DNA of 64,000 bases from Gemmatimonadales bacterium (GTDB taxonomy: Bacteria > Gemmatimonadota > Gemmatimonadetes > Gemmatimonadales > GWC2-71-9). Below the pieces are notes generated by a model. The model was given only the letters and a program-made list of their open reading frames with translations, was not told the DNA's origin and searched no databases. The stretch covers positions 736,001 through 800,000 of the forward strand of contig JBBCJC010000002.1 of assembly GCA_037189525.1 (NCBI GenBank), read 5' to 3'. The translations under genes were made by a program, and so were the position numbers. How positions within the stretch are numbered: position 1 is the first letter of the stretch; each line of letters starts with the position of its first letter. This document shows, piece by piece, positions 25,901 through 35,803 of this stretch.

Positions 25901-27744
25901 AAGTCACCGTCTTCGTCACGATCGGCGATCTGGTCCTCCGCAACAGCGAACTCGACGTCCTCGAGGTCGTGCAGGAACTCGGTCAGCATACCACCTGCCG
26001 GATCGAGTTCATTCGGGATTCCGCGCTGGATGTTTCCCTCGATCAGCTGCTCCGTGACGAAGTGGTGGTGACGCTCAAGGCGGAGGGCGGCCAGATCATC
26101 CCGATCTTCCGAGGAACGATCGGCGACGGGGTGCAGAGCCACCTGCTCAACTATGGCTCGCGTTTCCGTCTCGAGGCCACCTCGGAGTCCGAACGGCTCG
26201 AGTACGTCAATACCGCCTACTTTCCAAACAGCACGTTCGGCGACGTGGCCCAACAGTTCGGGGTCCGGATCGACGGATCGATCCGCCGCGACCAGACGCC
26301 ACTCGACCTGGTCCAGTGGAACGAGACCGAGTTTGCCTTCCTGAAACGGCTGGCCGACGAGCACGGCGCTTTCCTGGTCACTCACGGCCCGCAACCGGAG
26401 ATCCGGACCGAGTTCAAGGATGAGGGTTGGGAACTCATCTGGGGCGACAGCCTGCTCGAGGCGAGCGTGCGGGCGCGACCGACCAGTCATGGCGTGGCGG
26501 GCGCGAGTTACGATCCGCTCACCAAGCACACCCATCGGCACGCGGGCGTCAGGCAGAATCCGCCATCGTTAGGCGGCGCCGCGAAGATCGTCAATGCCGT
26601 GACCGACCTGGCGCGGCAGATGGGCGGCGACCCCGGGCTGGAGTTTCCGAGCGCGCGGGAGACGACGCATCAGAGTTTCAAGACCATTCTGCGCCAGGAG
26701 AGCGAACGGGCTCTCGGAAGCGCGGTGCTGGTCGAGGGACACAGCGTCAAAGTCGGTCTGGGCGCCGGTGACCTGGTCGAGTTGGTCGGCGGGGTCAACT
26801 TCACCCTGCCGACGACCGGCAAGCTCGGTCTCATCAAAGTCGTCCATACCTTCCAGGATCAGCACTACAGCAACCGGTTCGTGGCCACGCCGTGGAAGAC
26901 GTTTACCAACCTCGAGCGTCCCCCGACCCCGCGGGAGCGCACCGTGGTGACGGCGGAAGTGGTCGAGACGGCGACGGATCCAGAGAAGCTGGGACGGATT
27001 CGCATCGCCTACCGATGGCAGACCGGCGCCGATATGACCGGTTGGGCCCGGATCGCGGCCCCGCACGCGGGCAACGGGCGCGGCATCATGTTCCTTCCGG
27101 AGGTCGGCGATGAGGTGCTGGTGGCCTTCGACGACGGCGATCCGGAACACCCGATCGTGATCGGCGCGCTCTGGAACGGCCGGGACCGCCCGCCCGAGGT
27201 TACCGAAAAGAACACCGCCAAGCGGATCATCACCCGGTCGGGCAGCACGATTCAGTTGCTCGACGACGAAGGGAAAGAAACGGTCGAGATCTTCACGCCG
27301 GAGGGGCGCTGTCTGGTCCAGCTCACTAACCAGGGTGGGCATCCGGTCGTGACCGTCTATTCCGATGGCGACATCGCGCTGGAGGCCAAAGAAGAGATTC
27401 GGGTCAAGTGCAAAAAGCTGGTGCACGACGTGGAAACCGATGTAATCGTCAAAGCCGGTGGTGACGTTTCGGTGGATGCTGCGGCCAATGCCGTCATCAA
27501 GGCCAACGTCGACGCGGCGCTGTCGGGAACCAATGCGATTCTCAAAGGCGCCGCCATGGTCGAGTCGGTCGCTGGCGGCGTCAACAACGTCGTCGGGGCC
27601 ATGGTGCAGATCCAGCCGCCCGGTTTCATGGGCAAACAGGTCAATCCCAAGTCGGTCTCGGTGCCCAATGTCGACGTCGGCTCTCGGCCGACGCCGCAAT
27701 CGGCTGATCCGGAGCGGACGGCGGATCCGGAGACGCCGCGATGA
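25897..27744 (+). CDS. vgrG: VgrG spike protein
   Basis: VQWNETEFAFLKRLA; DPEKLGRIRI...WARIAAPHAGNGRGIMFLPEVGDEVLVAFDDGDPEHPIVIGALWN; ATG 25897 overlaps tssE stop. Confidence 0.95.
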   Translation: MKVTVFVTIGDLVLRNSELDVLEVVQELGQHTTCRIEFIRDSALDVSLDQLLRDEVVVTLKAEGGQIIPIFRGTIGDGVQSHLLNYGSRFRLEATSESERLEYVNTAYFPNSTFGDVAQQFGVRIDGSIRRDQTPLDLVQWNETEFAFLKRLADEHGAFLVTHGPQPEIRTEFKDEGWELIWGDSLLEASVRARPTSHGVAGASYDPLTKHTHRHAGVRQNPPSLGGAAKIVNAVTDLARQMGGDPGLEFPSARETTHQSFKTILRQESERALGSAVLVEGHSVKVGLGAGDLVELVGGVNFTLPTTGKLGLIKVVHTFQDQHYSNRFVATPWKTFTNLERPPTPRERTVVTAEVVETATDPEKLGRIRIAYRWQTGADMTGWARIAAPHAGNGRGIMFLPEVGDEVLVAFDDGDPEHPIVIGALWNGRDRPPEVTEKNTAKRIITRSGSTIQLLDDEGKETVEIFTPEGRCLVQLTNQGGHPVVTVYSDGDIALEAKEEIRVKCKKLVHDVETDVIVKAGGDVSVDAAANAVIKANVDAALSGTNAILKGAAMVESVAGGVNNVVGAMVQIQPPGFMGKQVNPKSVSVPNVDVGSRPTPQSADPERTADPETPR

Positions 27745-27751
27745 TCCGGTC

Positions 27752-29482
27752 ATGAGCGAGTTCAAGAGCCTCCGTCCGCCCGAACGCAGCGCGACCGACA
27801 TTGCCCGGGAGCTGCGCGAGCACTTTACCCGGTCTCTCTATGAGGTGACGGGTGCGCAGGCCCAGCCCGATCCGGTGCTCGGCGCGCTCTTTCATGCGCT
27901 TGCCGTGCAGGTCGATCGGGTCTATCAGGAAGCGGATCAGGTATTCTTTGCGGCGGCGCTCGATGACCTGATTCGCGGTCTCGGGATGCCCGCACGGCTG
28001 GCTCGGCCGGCCCAGGCCGTGGTGCAGTTCTCTCAGCTGCAGGGCCGAGAGACGCTTGCTCCGGAGACGGAGCTGATCGGCTATCAGGCGACCGGTGCGC
28101 AGATCGTCTTTACCCCCGACGCGCCGGTCGACATTGCGCCGACGGAAATCGTCTTTGCCGGAGTTGCGGAGGCGGGACGCCTGTCGACCCTGCCGGGGGC
28201 GCGGTTGCCTTGGACCAATCAGCCGATCCTGCCCGGGAATTCGACGCCCATCGACCTCTCGCCGGCCGCCCCGACCCTGTTCCTCGCGTTTGAAACGGAC
28301 GCCGAACACCTGAGCCGGATCGGTCTCTACGTGGAGGCCGCCAGCCAGGCATCGCCCATCCTTGGGGTGCTGGCCCGGAGTCCGTGGCAGTTGCTCGACA
28401 ACCGCGGACAGGTCTCCGAACGCGGGGTGCTCCGGGCGTCTCGAACGCGTGGGGGTATGCAGCGGCTGGATTTCGTCAAAGACCGGCGGCCTGCGCTCGA
28501 GGATACCGGCACAATCGACCGTCTGGTCCCGCTGGTCGGCGGTGTTTACGGAGCAAGCGTATGGCTGATGCCCGAACTGACGCCGGATCGTCGCTGGCGT
28601 TCGGTGATCCCGCCGTCGATTGCCACGGCAGTGCCGCGGGTGCTTCCTCCCGGGCAGGAACGAGCGCTGGATCGCCAGCTGGCCTGGTTGCAGGTGCCTC
28701 TCCCGGCTGGCAGCCGCGGCGTGGCGAGCCAGATTGCCCGCATCGCGGTCAACTGTGTCACGGCGTCGAACATCGAAGCGTGGAACGAGCAGATCGACTT
28801 CGGCCGGATGGGCGCCGTAGTCAGCCACCGTCCGCTTGGCGCAACCGATCGGCATATCATGGGTGTGCTCGGTGTGACGGGTGAAGCCGGGACCCCCTAT
28901 CTCGATATCTCGGATCTGGAGGCGCCGGCCGGATCGGGGCGATACCGGTATCGGGGCAACGCCAGCTTCGAGTTCACCCCTGCCAAGCAGGCGAGCGGGC
29001 GCTTCGACGGCTACGGAATGATGCGACTCCTCTACTGCGACGGCGAAGGCGGCAACGGAATCGCGGTGGGGGAGATCAAGCAGATCCGGAGTGAGCTTGC
29101 CCGGAATCCGACGGCGCGGGTGGCCAGCCTGACGCCGACACGGGGCGGGGCGGCGCCGCCGGCATACAGCGATGCGCGCGACCGTTTCGCAGAGTTGCTC
29201 CGCACTCGCGAACGAATCGTGACCCCTGCCGATATCGAGATCGCCGCCAAGGCGACCGATCCCCGGATCGGCAACGTCAGCGTTACCAGCGCATCGCAGA
29301 TTACCGATACCGGGCTGGAACTGGTGACCGATGTAACGGTTTCGGTGTCGCCCGACGACTTCGCGGACCCGGAGGCGGAACTCGAACGTCTGCGGACCGA
29401 GCTGGAGCAATACCTCGGCGAACGCTGCATGATCGGGCAGCAAATCCGGGTCGCGATTGCCGAGGAGCGGCGCGCCTCATGA
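27752..29482 (+). CDS. tssF: Baseplate protein TssF (gp6/J-like)
   Basis: DPVLGALFHALA...ARPAQAVV; NCVTASN; C-terminal RERIVTPADIE. Confidence 0.8.
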   Translation: MSEFKSLRPPERSATDIARELREHFTRSLYEVTGAQAQPDPVLGALFHALAVQVDRVYQEADQVFFAAALDDLIRGLGMPARLARPAQAVVQFSQLQGRETLAPETELIGYQATGAQIVFTPDAPVDIAPTEIVFAGVAEAGRLSTLPGARLPWTNQPILPGNSTPIDLSPAAPTLFLAFETDAEHLSRIGLYVEAASQASPILGVLARSPWQLLDNRGQVSERGVLRASRTRGGMQRLDFVKDRRPALEDTGTIDRLVPLVGGVYGASVWLMPELTPDRRWRSVIPPSIATAVPRVLPPGQERALDRQLAWLQVPLPAGSRGVASQIARIAVNCVTASNIEAWNEQIDFGRMGAVVSHRPLGATDRHIMGVLGVTGEAGTPYLDISDLEAPAGSGRYRYRGNASFEFTPAKQASGRFDGYGMMRLLYCDGEGGNGIAVGEIKQIRSELARNPTARVASLTPTRGGAAPPAYSDARDRFAELLRTRERIVTPADIEIAAKATDPRIGNVSVTSASQITDTGLELVTDVTVSVSPDDFADPEAELERLRTELEQYLGERCMIGQQIRVAIAEERRAS

Positions 29483-30387
29483 CGGCCGTGATGCCCGACC
29501 TGGCGGCGACCTATCGGGGGGTGCGACACACCCTCGATTCGGCCGTGCCCGCCTTGCTCAGGCTCGGAGTTGATCCCGATCGAATCATCCTGACGGCGGC
29601 GGGCGCCGGCTGGGTGCGCGGCACTATCGTGTCGCAGGAGCCGGCTCCGGGTGAGATCCTGTATCCGGAAACCCGGGTCACACTCGGCGTGGCCGGAACT
29701 GGGGCGCTCGAATCGGTGCCGTTCCCGATGCGCGACAGTGCCGACGGGGAGTTCCGCATCGATCGGCTCTTCAGCCTGTTCGACAACCATTTCCTTCGCC
29801 TGACGCACCATCTCCGGGCGGCGGGTGGCCTGCTCGATCTCCATCCGGATGACAGCGAAGGTGCCAACCGATGGATCGTCGAGATCTTCCGGTTGAGTTC
29901 GGCGCCGTGGCCGAGGGAACGCTGGTACGATGTTGCGCGGCTTTTGCCGGCGTTGCATCGGATAGCGGGCCGGGTCGATGGTCCCGCGCTGGCGCTCAAG
30001 GCGGTGTTTCGGATTCCGGCCTCGCCGATTCGTCTGGTGGCCGGGATTGCGCCGGTTCCGGACGATCGTCGCACCCGACTTGGTGTTCGGAACGGACGAC
30101 TGGGGGTGGACGCATTGATCGGCGACGGGATTACCGCGGCCGTCGGCGTCGAAATCGATATCGGGCCAGTCGATCTTCGCACCTACCGCAGGTTGCAGAC
30201 CGCGGCCGAGTATCGCCAGCGCCAGGCGCTCTATCGGCTGGTGCTTCCGGCCCATCTGCAGCATGACGTGCGTGAACGTTGGATCGTCGGCGACCGGCGC
30301 GATGCGGCCGTCCTGGGCGATTCCGATCGTGAGGCGGCGCTGGGCGTCAACAGTTACCTGGGTTCGCCCGGGAGGAGTGCAGCGTAA
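29479..30387 (+). CDS. tssG: Baseplate protein TssG with N-terminal PASTA-like segment
   Basis: LFSLFDN...LLPALHRIAG...TRLG...LG...VEIDIGPV typical of subtype-iii TssG; ATGA coupling to tssF. Confidence 0.75.
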   Translation: MTAVMPDLAATYRGVRHTLDSAVPALLRLGVDPDRIILTAAGAGWVRGTIVSQEPAPGEILYPETRVTLGVAGTGALESVPFPMRDSADGEFRIDRLFSLFDNHFLRLTHHLRAAGGLLDLHPDDSEGANRWIVEIFRLSSAPWPRERWYDVARLLPALHRIAGRVDGPALALKAVFRIPASPIRLVAGIAPVPDDRRTRLGVRNGRLGVDALIGDGITAAVGVEIDIGPVDLRTYRRLQTAAEYRQRQALYRLVLPAHLQHDVRERWIVGDRRDAAVLGDSDREAALGVNSYLGSPGRSAA

Positions 30388-32027
30388 TGGAGCGTGATCC
30401 GTACTTCCGCTCGGTCAACTGGACGACCGGGATGTTGCTGACCCCGGAGCATTTCCTCCGACAGGATCGGTATGTCGAGGAGCAGGTTGCCTGGTTGCTC
30501 CGCTATTGCCTGTCGGGGACGGGCCTGGTCGGCGGCGGCGTTCGGCTCGATGCGGTGGAGCAGGGGCTGGCCAAATTCGATCCGAAGATCGAACTGGTCA
30601 ACGACGGCGATCGCCTGCGCATCACGGTACTCCGGGCGCGCGGCATCACGCCGAACGGAGAGATCGTCGAGGTCGACGAGTCCCGGCCGTTGCATGGCGA
30701 AGTCCGGCGGGGCGATCTGGCCGGCGTCAGCGAGTTGCTGGTCTATGTCGTTCGGATGCCCGAGAAGGAGCCCGATCCGGAGTCGGTTGGCGCCGACCCC
30801 GGCAATCCCAATCAGGCGGCGCTCAATCGGATCCGCTACGAGGTCCAGCTGGGTATCACTGCGGAACTGGGCCCGGTCTCCATGGCCGTCGCTCGCTTGC
30901 GGCGAGCGTCCGAATCGCTCGGCTTCGAACTCGACGGGCAGTACATCCCGCCATGCGCATCTTTGATCGCGCACAGCGCGTTGCACAATGCCGCAACCCG
31001 GATCCAGTCAGAAGTTCGGTTGCTGAGCAATGAGTATCAGCTGGTTCACGAGCGCGCGGGACATTTTGCCGACCGGACCGCGGCGCGCGGGGTCGATGTG
31101 CGCAACGATCTGGAAATCCGGGCGTTCGTGGAGCGCGCCGTGCTGGCGCTCGAGACAGCGGCGTACGAGACGGCTGATCTCGCCATTCCGCCGGTGCGAT
31201 TCTTCCAGCAGATCGAACGCGCCAGCCGGCTGATTGCCCTGGCTCTCAACCTCAGCCCCTCGACGCGACAGTTCTTCAAGGACTTGGGCCAGGTCGACGG
31301 CGGCTACACCGAGTTGCTCGATGCGGAGCAGGGCCTGCTGGCCGTGCAGCGGGAACTCGACCGGCGGGAAGAACTGCGGCCGCTGGTGGTCCGGTCGACT
31401 GACACGTTGCAGCGGCTCCGCAGGCTGGTCGACGCACTGGCGGGCAAGTACGTCGATTACCGGCAGAACCGGAACATCGAGTCGATCCGCTTCATGCTGG
31501 ATCGCGACGGCGAGCATTTCTACGAAGCCGTCACCTCGCCCTCGCATCCGCAGCGCGATGGCGACCTGCTCACCTTCGTCTTCACGCAGCTCGAACTGAG
31601 CGGCCGTCACGAATATCGCGTCGTGTTGACCGGTGATCCGCGAGCCAGCGCGCAGTGGGCCGTGGGCCAGGAACTGAGCGTCACGCTGCGTGTCAACGCC
31701 TCGGGTGGACCACGAGCGCCGATGACCCGGTCGGTGATGTGCGAGGTCGAGGGGCAGCGCAACTTCGCGGTCAATTTCGATACCCCGCAAGATGTCGCGA
31801 CGATTGCAGGCCTGACGGTCACGGTGCAGCCTGGCCACGGGATTCGGGGCGCAGTGCTGTTCCGCCGCCGGCTGGGCATGGTCGGATCGGGCAGCGGTGC
31901 GGCAATGCCCCTGCCTTCGCCGCCTGTCGTCTCGGAACCGCCGGTGTCCGCCCCGATCCCGTCCGCCGAGACACCGGCGCCGTCTCGGCCGCCCAAGATC
32001 AAAGTGAACCTTCCGAAACGGTCGTAA
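30387..32027 (+). CDS. tssK: Baseplate subunit TssK with C-terminal extension
   Basis: VNWTTGMLLTPEHFLRQD and YIPPC motifs. Confidence 0.85.
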   Translation: MERDPYFRSVNWTTGMLLTPEHFLRQDRYVEEQVAWLLRYCLSGTGLVGGGVRLDAVEQGLAKFDPKIELVNDGDRLRITVLRARGITPNGEIVEVDESRPLHGEVRRGDLAGVSELLVYVVRMPEKEPDPESVGADPGNPNQAALNRIRYEVQLGITAELGPVSMAVARLRRASESLGFELDGQYIPPCASLIAHSALHNAATRIQSEVRLLSNEYQLVHERAGHFADRTAARGVDVRNDLEIRAFVERAVLALETAAYETADLAIPPVRFFQQIERASRLIALALNLSPSTRQFFKDLGQVDGGYTELLDAEQGLLAVQRELDRREELRPLVVRSTDTLQRLRRLVDALAGKYVDYRQNRNIESIRFMLDRDGEHFYEAVTSPSHPQRDGDLLTFVFTQLELSGRHEYRVVLTGDPRASAQWAVGQELSVTLRVNASGGPRAPMTRSVMCEVEGQRNFAVNFDTPQDVATIAGLTVTVQPGHGIRGAVLFRRRLGMVGSGSGAAMPLPSPPVVSEPPVSAPIPSAETPAPSRPPKIKVNLPKRS

Positions 32028-32032
32028 TCGCC

Positions 32033-34687
32033 ATGGATTTCAACCGCCTTTCGATGGATCTGACCGCCGCGCTCGAGGAGTCGCGGCGTGTGGCTGGTCG
32101 TGCGGGTTTGGCGTATATCCAAGCCAAGCATCTGCTGATTGCCTTGCTCGAACCTCAGGGCGCCTTGGGACGAACGGCGGCCAAGCTGCAGCTCGACGCC
32201 GCTGCTGCGCTGCGGGCCGTGACGGCCGTGGCCGATGGCAGCGACGCGGTCAAGGCCGACGGTGCGCGGCAACCGGTTGCGGGCCGGAGTCTTCGCGACC
32301 TGCTCGACCGGGCAACGGCCCGTGCCGATGCCAAGGGCGTCCGTACGATCGGACCGCTCGAGGTCGTGGCGGTGGCCATCGACTCGGATCAGGGCAATCT
32401 GGGGCCGGCGCTTCGTGATGCCGGATGGACGGCGGACAAGCTAACTGCAGCGATGGCGTCTCCCGAGGTGATGCAGCCGGCGGAGGAACGCGCCGGCGAC
32501 GACGGCGGCAGCGTGCTTGCCAAATTCACCCGCGACCTGACCGAAGCGGCCAGGCAGGGCAAGCTGATGCCCGTCGTTGGTCGGGACGCGGAAACCCGGA
32601 ACGTGATCCAGACTCTGCTGCGCAAGACCAAGAACAACCCCGTTCTGGTCGGCGATCCGGGCACCGGCAAAACTGCGGTCGTCGAGGGGCTGGCGCTCCG
32701 GATCGTCGCGGGCGATGTCCCTGAGTCGCTCAAGCAGGCTCGGCTGCTGGCGCTCGACCTGACCGGGTTGGTGGCGGGCGCCAAGTATCGCGGCGAGTTC
32801 GAAGAGCGGATCAAGGCCATTGCCGATGAGGTCCGTGAGCTCGACGACGTGATCCTGTTTCTCGACGAGATCCACACCCTAGTCGGGGCCGGCGGGTCGG
32901 CAGGTGGGATGGATGCCGCCAACATCCTCAAGCCGGCCCTGGCTCGCGGGGAACTCCGCTGCGTCGGCGCGACGACCTTCGACGAATATCGCGAGTCGAT
33001 CGAGAAGGATGGAGCCCTGGCGCGTCGCTTCGAGCGGATCGTTTGCGACGAACCCGACGACGAGATGACACTGGCCATGCTGCGGGGCGTCAAAGGCCGC
33101 TACGAAACCCATCACGGCGTGGCGATCACGGAGGACGCGCTCCAGGCCACGGTCAAACTGGGCCGACGCCATATCCGCGACCGGTACTTTCCCGACAAGG
33201 CGTTCGATGTGCTGGACGAGGCCGCCGCGCGTCTCCGGATGCAGCGGGAGGCCAAGCCCAATCTCCTGGACGAGAAGGAGCGCGCGCTGGTTCGTCTCCG
33301 GACCAAGCTGGAAGGTATCCGCGCCAGCGGTGAGGGAGACGCCTCCGCCGTCGAGCGCGAGATCGCCGCCGCCGAGCAGGATCTCGCGGCCGTGGCGGCG
33401 CGATGGGACGAGGAGAAGACGGTTGCCGACGGACTGCAGACTACTCGTCAGGCCATTCAGGACAAGCAGCGCGAGCTGGCGGCTGCCGAGGCCCAGGGTG
33501 ATGTCGCCAAGGCGGCGGAACTGCGCTACGGTGCGCTCAAATTCCTGGCGGAACAGGAGACTGATCTGGTTGCGCGCCAGGCGGCCATTCTCGAGCGGGG
33601 CGTGATGGTACCGCAGGACGTCCGCTCCAACGACGTTGCCGATGTCGTCGCCCGCCGCGCCGGGATTCCCATTTCCCGGATGCTCGAAAGCGAGCGGGAT
33701 CGGTTGCTCAAACTGGAAGAACGCCTGGCCGAACGGGTCATCGGTCAGCCGGAACCGGTCGAAGCGTTGGCGGAAGCCGCTCGGCGGATGCGAACGGATC
33801 TGCGCAAGAAGCGGAAACCGGCATCGTTCCTGTTCGTCGGCCCGACCGGGGTGGGCAAGACGGAACTGGCCAAGGGGCTCGCGGCCGCGCTGTTCGACGA
33901 CGAGAGCGCGTTGATTCGGATCGACATGGCCGAATACAAGGACGCCGGGTCGATCTCCGGTCTGATCGGATCACGACCGGGGCTGGTCGGATCGGAGCAG
34001 GGTGGTTTCCTCACCGAGCAGGTACGGCGTTCGCCGTATTCGGTGGTACTGTTCGACGAAATCGAAAAAGCCCACGCCGAGGTAATGGACCTGATGCTGG
34101 GGCTGCTCGATGAGGGCCGCCTGACCGACGCGAAGGGCCGCCTCTGTGATTTTACCAATACGATCGTGCTCCTGACGTCCAACCTCGGTGTCAAAGAGGC
34201 CAACGCGGTCGCCAAGACGGCCGACGAGCGGCGTGAGATCATCATGCAGGTGGTCCAGAGCACGCTCCGACCCGAGATCTTCAATCGCCTGGGCGGCGTG
34301 ATCCCGTTCAACTCGCTCGAACTCGACAGCCTGGAGCGGATCGTCCGGATCCATCTGGCGAGTCTGGCCGACCGGGTTCGGGACGAGTACAAAGCGTCGC
34401 TGGAAGTCGACGCGGACGCCGTAACGCTGCTTGCGCAGCTATCATATGATCCGGCGTATGGCGCCCGACCGGTGGAGCGGACCATCGATCGGCATCTGTT
34501 GAGTCCGCTGTCCCGGCTGATCATCGGTGGCGATGTCACCAAGGGCACGGTGGTCCGCGTCGTCAAAGACGGTGAAGAGGTCGTTCTCCTGGCAGGCACT
34601 CGGGAAGAGGTGGATGCGGAGGCCAAGAATCTGGCCGCCGCTGCGACCGCGCCGGCTGCGGACAGCGGAGAAGCGAAGGAGGCGTGA
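32033..34687 (+). CDS. tssH: ClpB/ClpV-family AAA+ ATPase (T6SS sheath disassembly)
   Basis: Two Walker A motifs (GDPGTGKT, GPTGVGKT), Clp N-domain, coiled-coil middle domain; lies within the operon. Confidence 0.85.
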   Translation: MDFNRLSMDLTAALEESRRVAGRAGLAYIQAKHLLIALLEPQGALGRTAAKLQLDAAAALRAVTAVADGSDAVKADGARQPVAGRSLRDLLDRATARADAKGVRTIGPLEVVAVAIDSDQGNLGPALRDAGWTADKLTAAMASPEVMQPAEERAGDDGGSVLAKFTRDLTEAARQGKLMPVVGRDAETRNVIQTLLRKTKNNPVLVGDPGTGKTAVVEGLALRIVAGDVPESLKQARLLALDLTGLVAGAKYRGEFEERIKAIADEVRELDDVILFLDEIHTLVGAGGSAGGMDAANILKPALARGELRCVGATTFDEYRESIEKDGALARRFERIVCDEPDDEMTLAMLRGVKGRYETHHGVAITEDALQATVKLGRRHIRDRYFPDKAFDVLDEAAARLRMQREAKPNLLDEKERALVRLRTKLEGIRASGEGDASAVEREIAAAEQDLAAVAARWDEEKTVADGLQTTRQAIQDKQRELAAAEAQGDVAKAAELRYGALKFLAEQETDLVARQAAILERGVMVPQDVRSNDVADVVARRAGIPISRMLESERDRLLKLEERLAERVIGQPEPVEALAEAARRMRTDLRKKRKPASFLFVGPTGVGKTELAKGLAAALFDDESALIRIDMAEYKDAGSISGLIGSRPGLVGSEQGGFLTEQVRRSPYSVVLFDEIEKAHAEVMDLMLGLLDEGRLTDAKGRLCDFTNTIVLLTSNLGVKEANAVAKTADERREIIMQVVQSTLRPEIFNRLGGVIPFNSLELDSLERIVRIHLASLADRVRDEYKASLEVDADAVTLLAQLSYDPAYGARPVERTIDRHLLSPLSRLIIGGDVTKGTVVRVVKDGEEVVLLAGTREEVDAEAKNLAAAATAPAADSGEAKEA

Positions 34688-35796
34688 TGCGGCGCATGGT
34701 GCTGATGACGGTGCTGGTTGCACTCTGTGCCTCGAATCTCGAGGCGCAGATTCCGCTGCCGTTCTTCAAGAAAAAGAAGAAGCCGCCGGCCGAGGCGGTG
34801 AAGCCACCCGAAGAGTTGCCGGCGCCAGGCACGGCTCCGGCCATTGCGCCCGCGGCTGCACCGGCCACGGCAGGCACCGCAGCAACGCCAGCGCAAGATG
34901 CTGCTGCGCCAGCCATCGTATCATCCGGCGCCGCCGTGCAGTCACAGGAGGAAAAGCAGGCGCTCCAGAATGCGATCCAGCAGGCGCTGGCAGCGGACCA
35001 GGCGGCGGATACCACGGTGGCGCACATTCGCGAGCGGATGGCGCGCTGGACCCAGGTCATGCTGCAGGACCCGACCAATGTCGTGGCACAGAGCGCATTG
35101 CAGCAGGCGCGGGACGATCTTCGCGCAGCCAACGAACGGGCACTGCAAGCCGGTAAAGCGGATCAGGCGACGCGCGATGTGGTCGCCAGCCGACTCAATC
35201 AGGCCGAGATCGACATCCGCGGTAAGAACTGGACGACGGCCGAGCAGCATCTGCGCTTCGTGCTCGATCAGGATAGCGCCAACCCGCGGGCCAGAAGTCT
35301 GATGGCGGAGCTCGAGAAGGGCCGGCGGCTTTCCGACCTGCAGCGCCAGGCGCTGTATATCATCCCGGTGCTGGTCATTCTGGCGGCGGGCCTGGTGCTG
35401 GTCGTCAAGTTGGGCGTCAAGTATCGGGAGTCGCGCCAGCAGAAAGCAGATGCGATTGCCGCGACCCGGGCTGCCGTACTGCAGATCGTCGACGGCGTCG
35501 GCCGGGGTAAGCTGGTGACTCTCGACAAGGACAAGGGCATCTTCAAGATCGGCGCTGCGCAGGGGCCGGCCGATGCCGAGAAGAACGATCTGGTCATCAG
35601 CGACTCGGCCAGCCAGGTATCGCGCTACCATTGCACCCTGGTTCGGAAGGCGGGGCAGTACTACTTGATCGACTCCAGCCTGAACGGCACCGCGGTCAAC
35701 GGCGATCCGCTCAAACGGGGCGATCACTTCCTGCTCGACGACGGCGACGAGATCACCCTGGCCGAGGTGACCCGCCTCAAGTTCCTGCACACCTGA
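34684..35796 (+). CDS. Signal peptide + TPR-like periplasmic region + TM + cytoplasmic FHA domain
   Basis: FHA 'NDLVI...VSRYHC...DSSLNGTAVNG...LDDGDEI'. Confidence 0.85.
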   Translation: MMRRMVLMTVLVALCASNLEAQIPLPFFKKKKKPPAEAVKPPEELPAPGTAPAIAPAAAPATAGTAATPAQDAAAPAIVSSGAAVQSQEEKQALQNAIQQALAADQAADTTVAHIRERMARWTQVMLQDPTNVVAQSALQQARDDLRAANERALQAGKADQATRDVVASRLNQAEIDIRGKNWTTAEQHLRFVLDQDSANPRARSLMAELEKGRRLSDLQRQALYIIPVLVILAAGLVLVVKLGVKYRESRQQKADAIAATRAAVLQIVDGVGRGKLVTLDKDKGIFKIGAAQGPADAEKNDLVISDSASQVSRYHCTLVRKAGQYYLIDSSLNGTAVNGDPLKRGDHFLLDDGDEITLAEVTRLKFLHT

Positions 35797-35803
35797 GGGG
35801 CCG

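Noticed and set aside
22801..34687. Interpretation as a prophage tail or extracellular contractile injection system
   Set aside because: Split TssB/TssC sheath, TssK and a Clp-type ATPase are present; no capsid, terminase, integrase, tape measure, tail fibre or lysis genes seen
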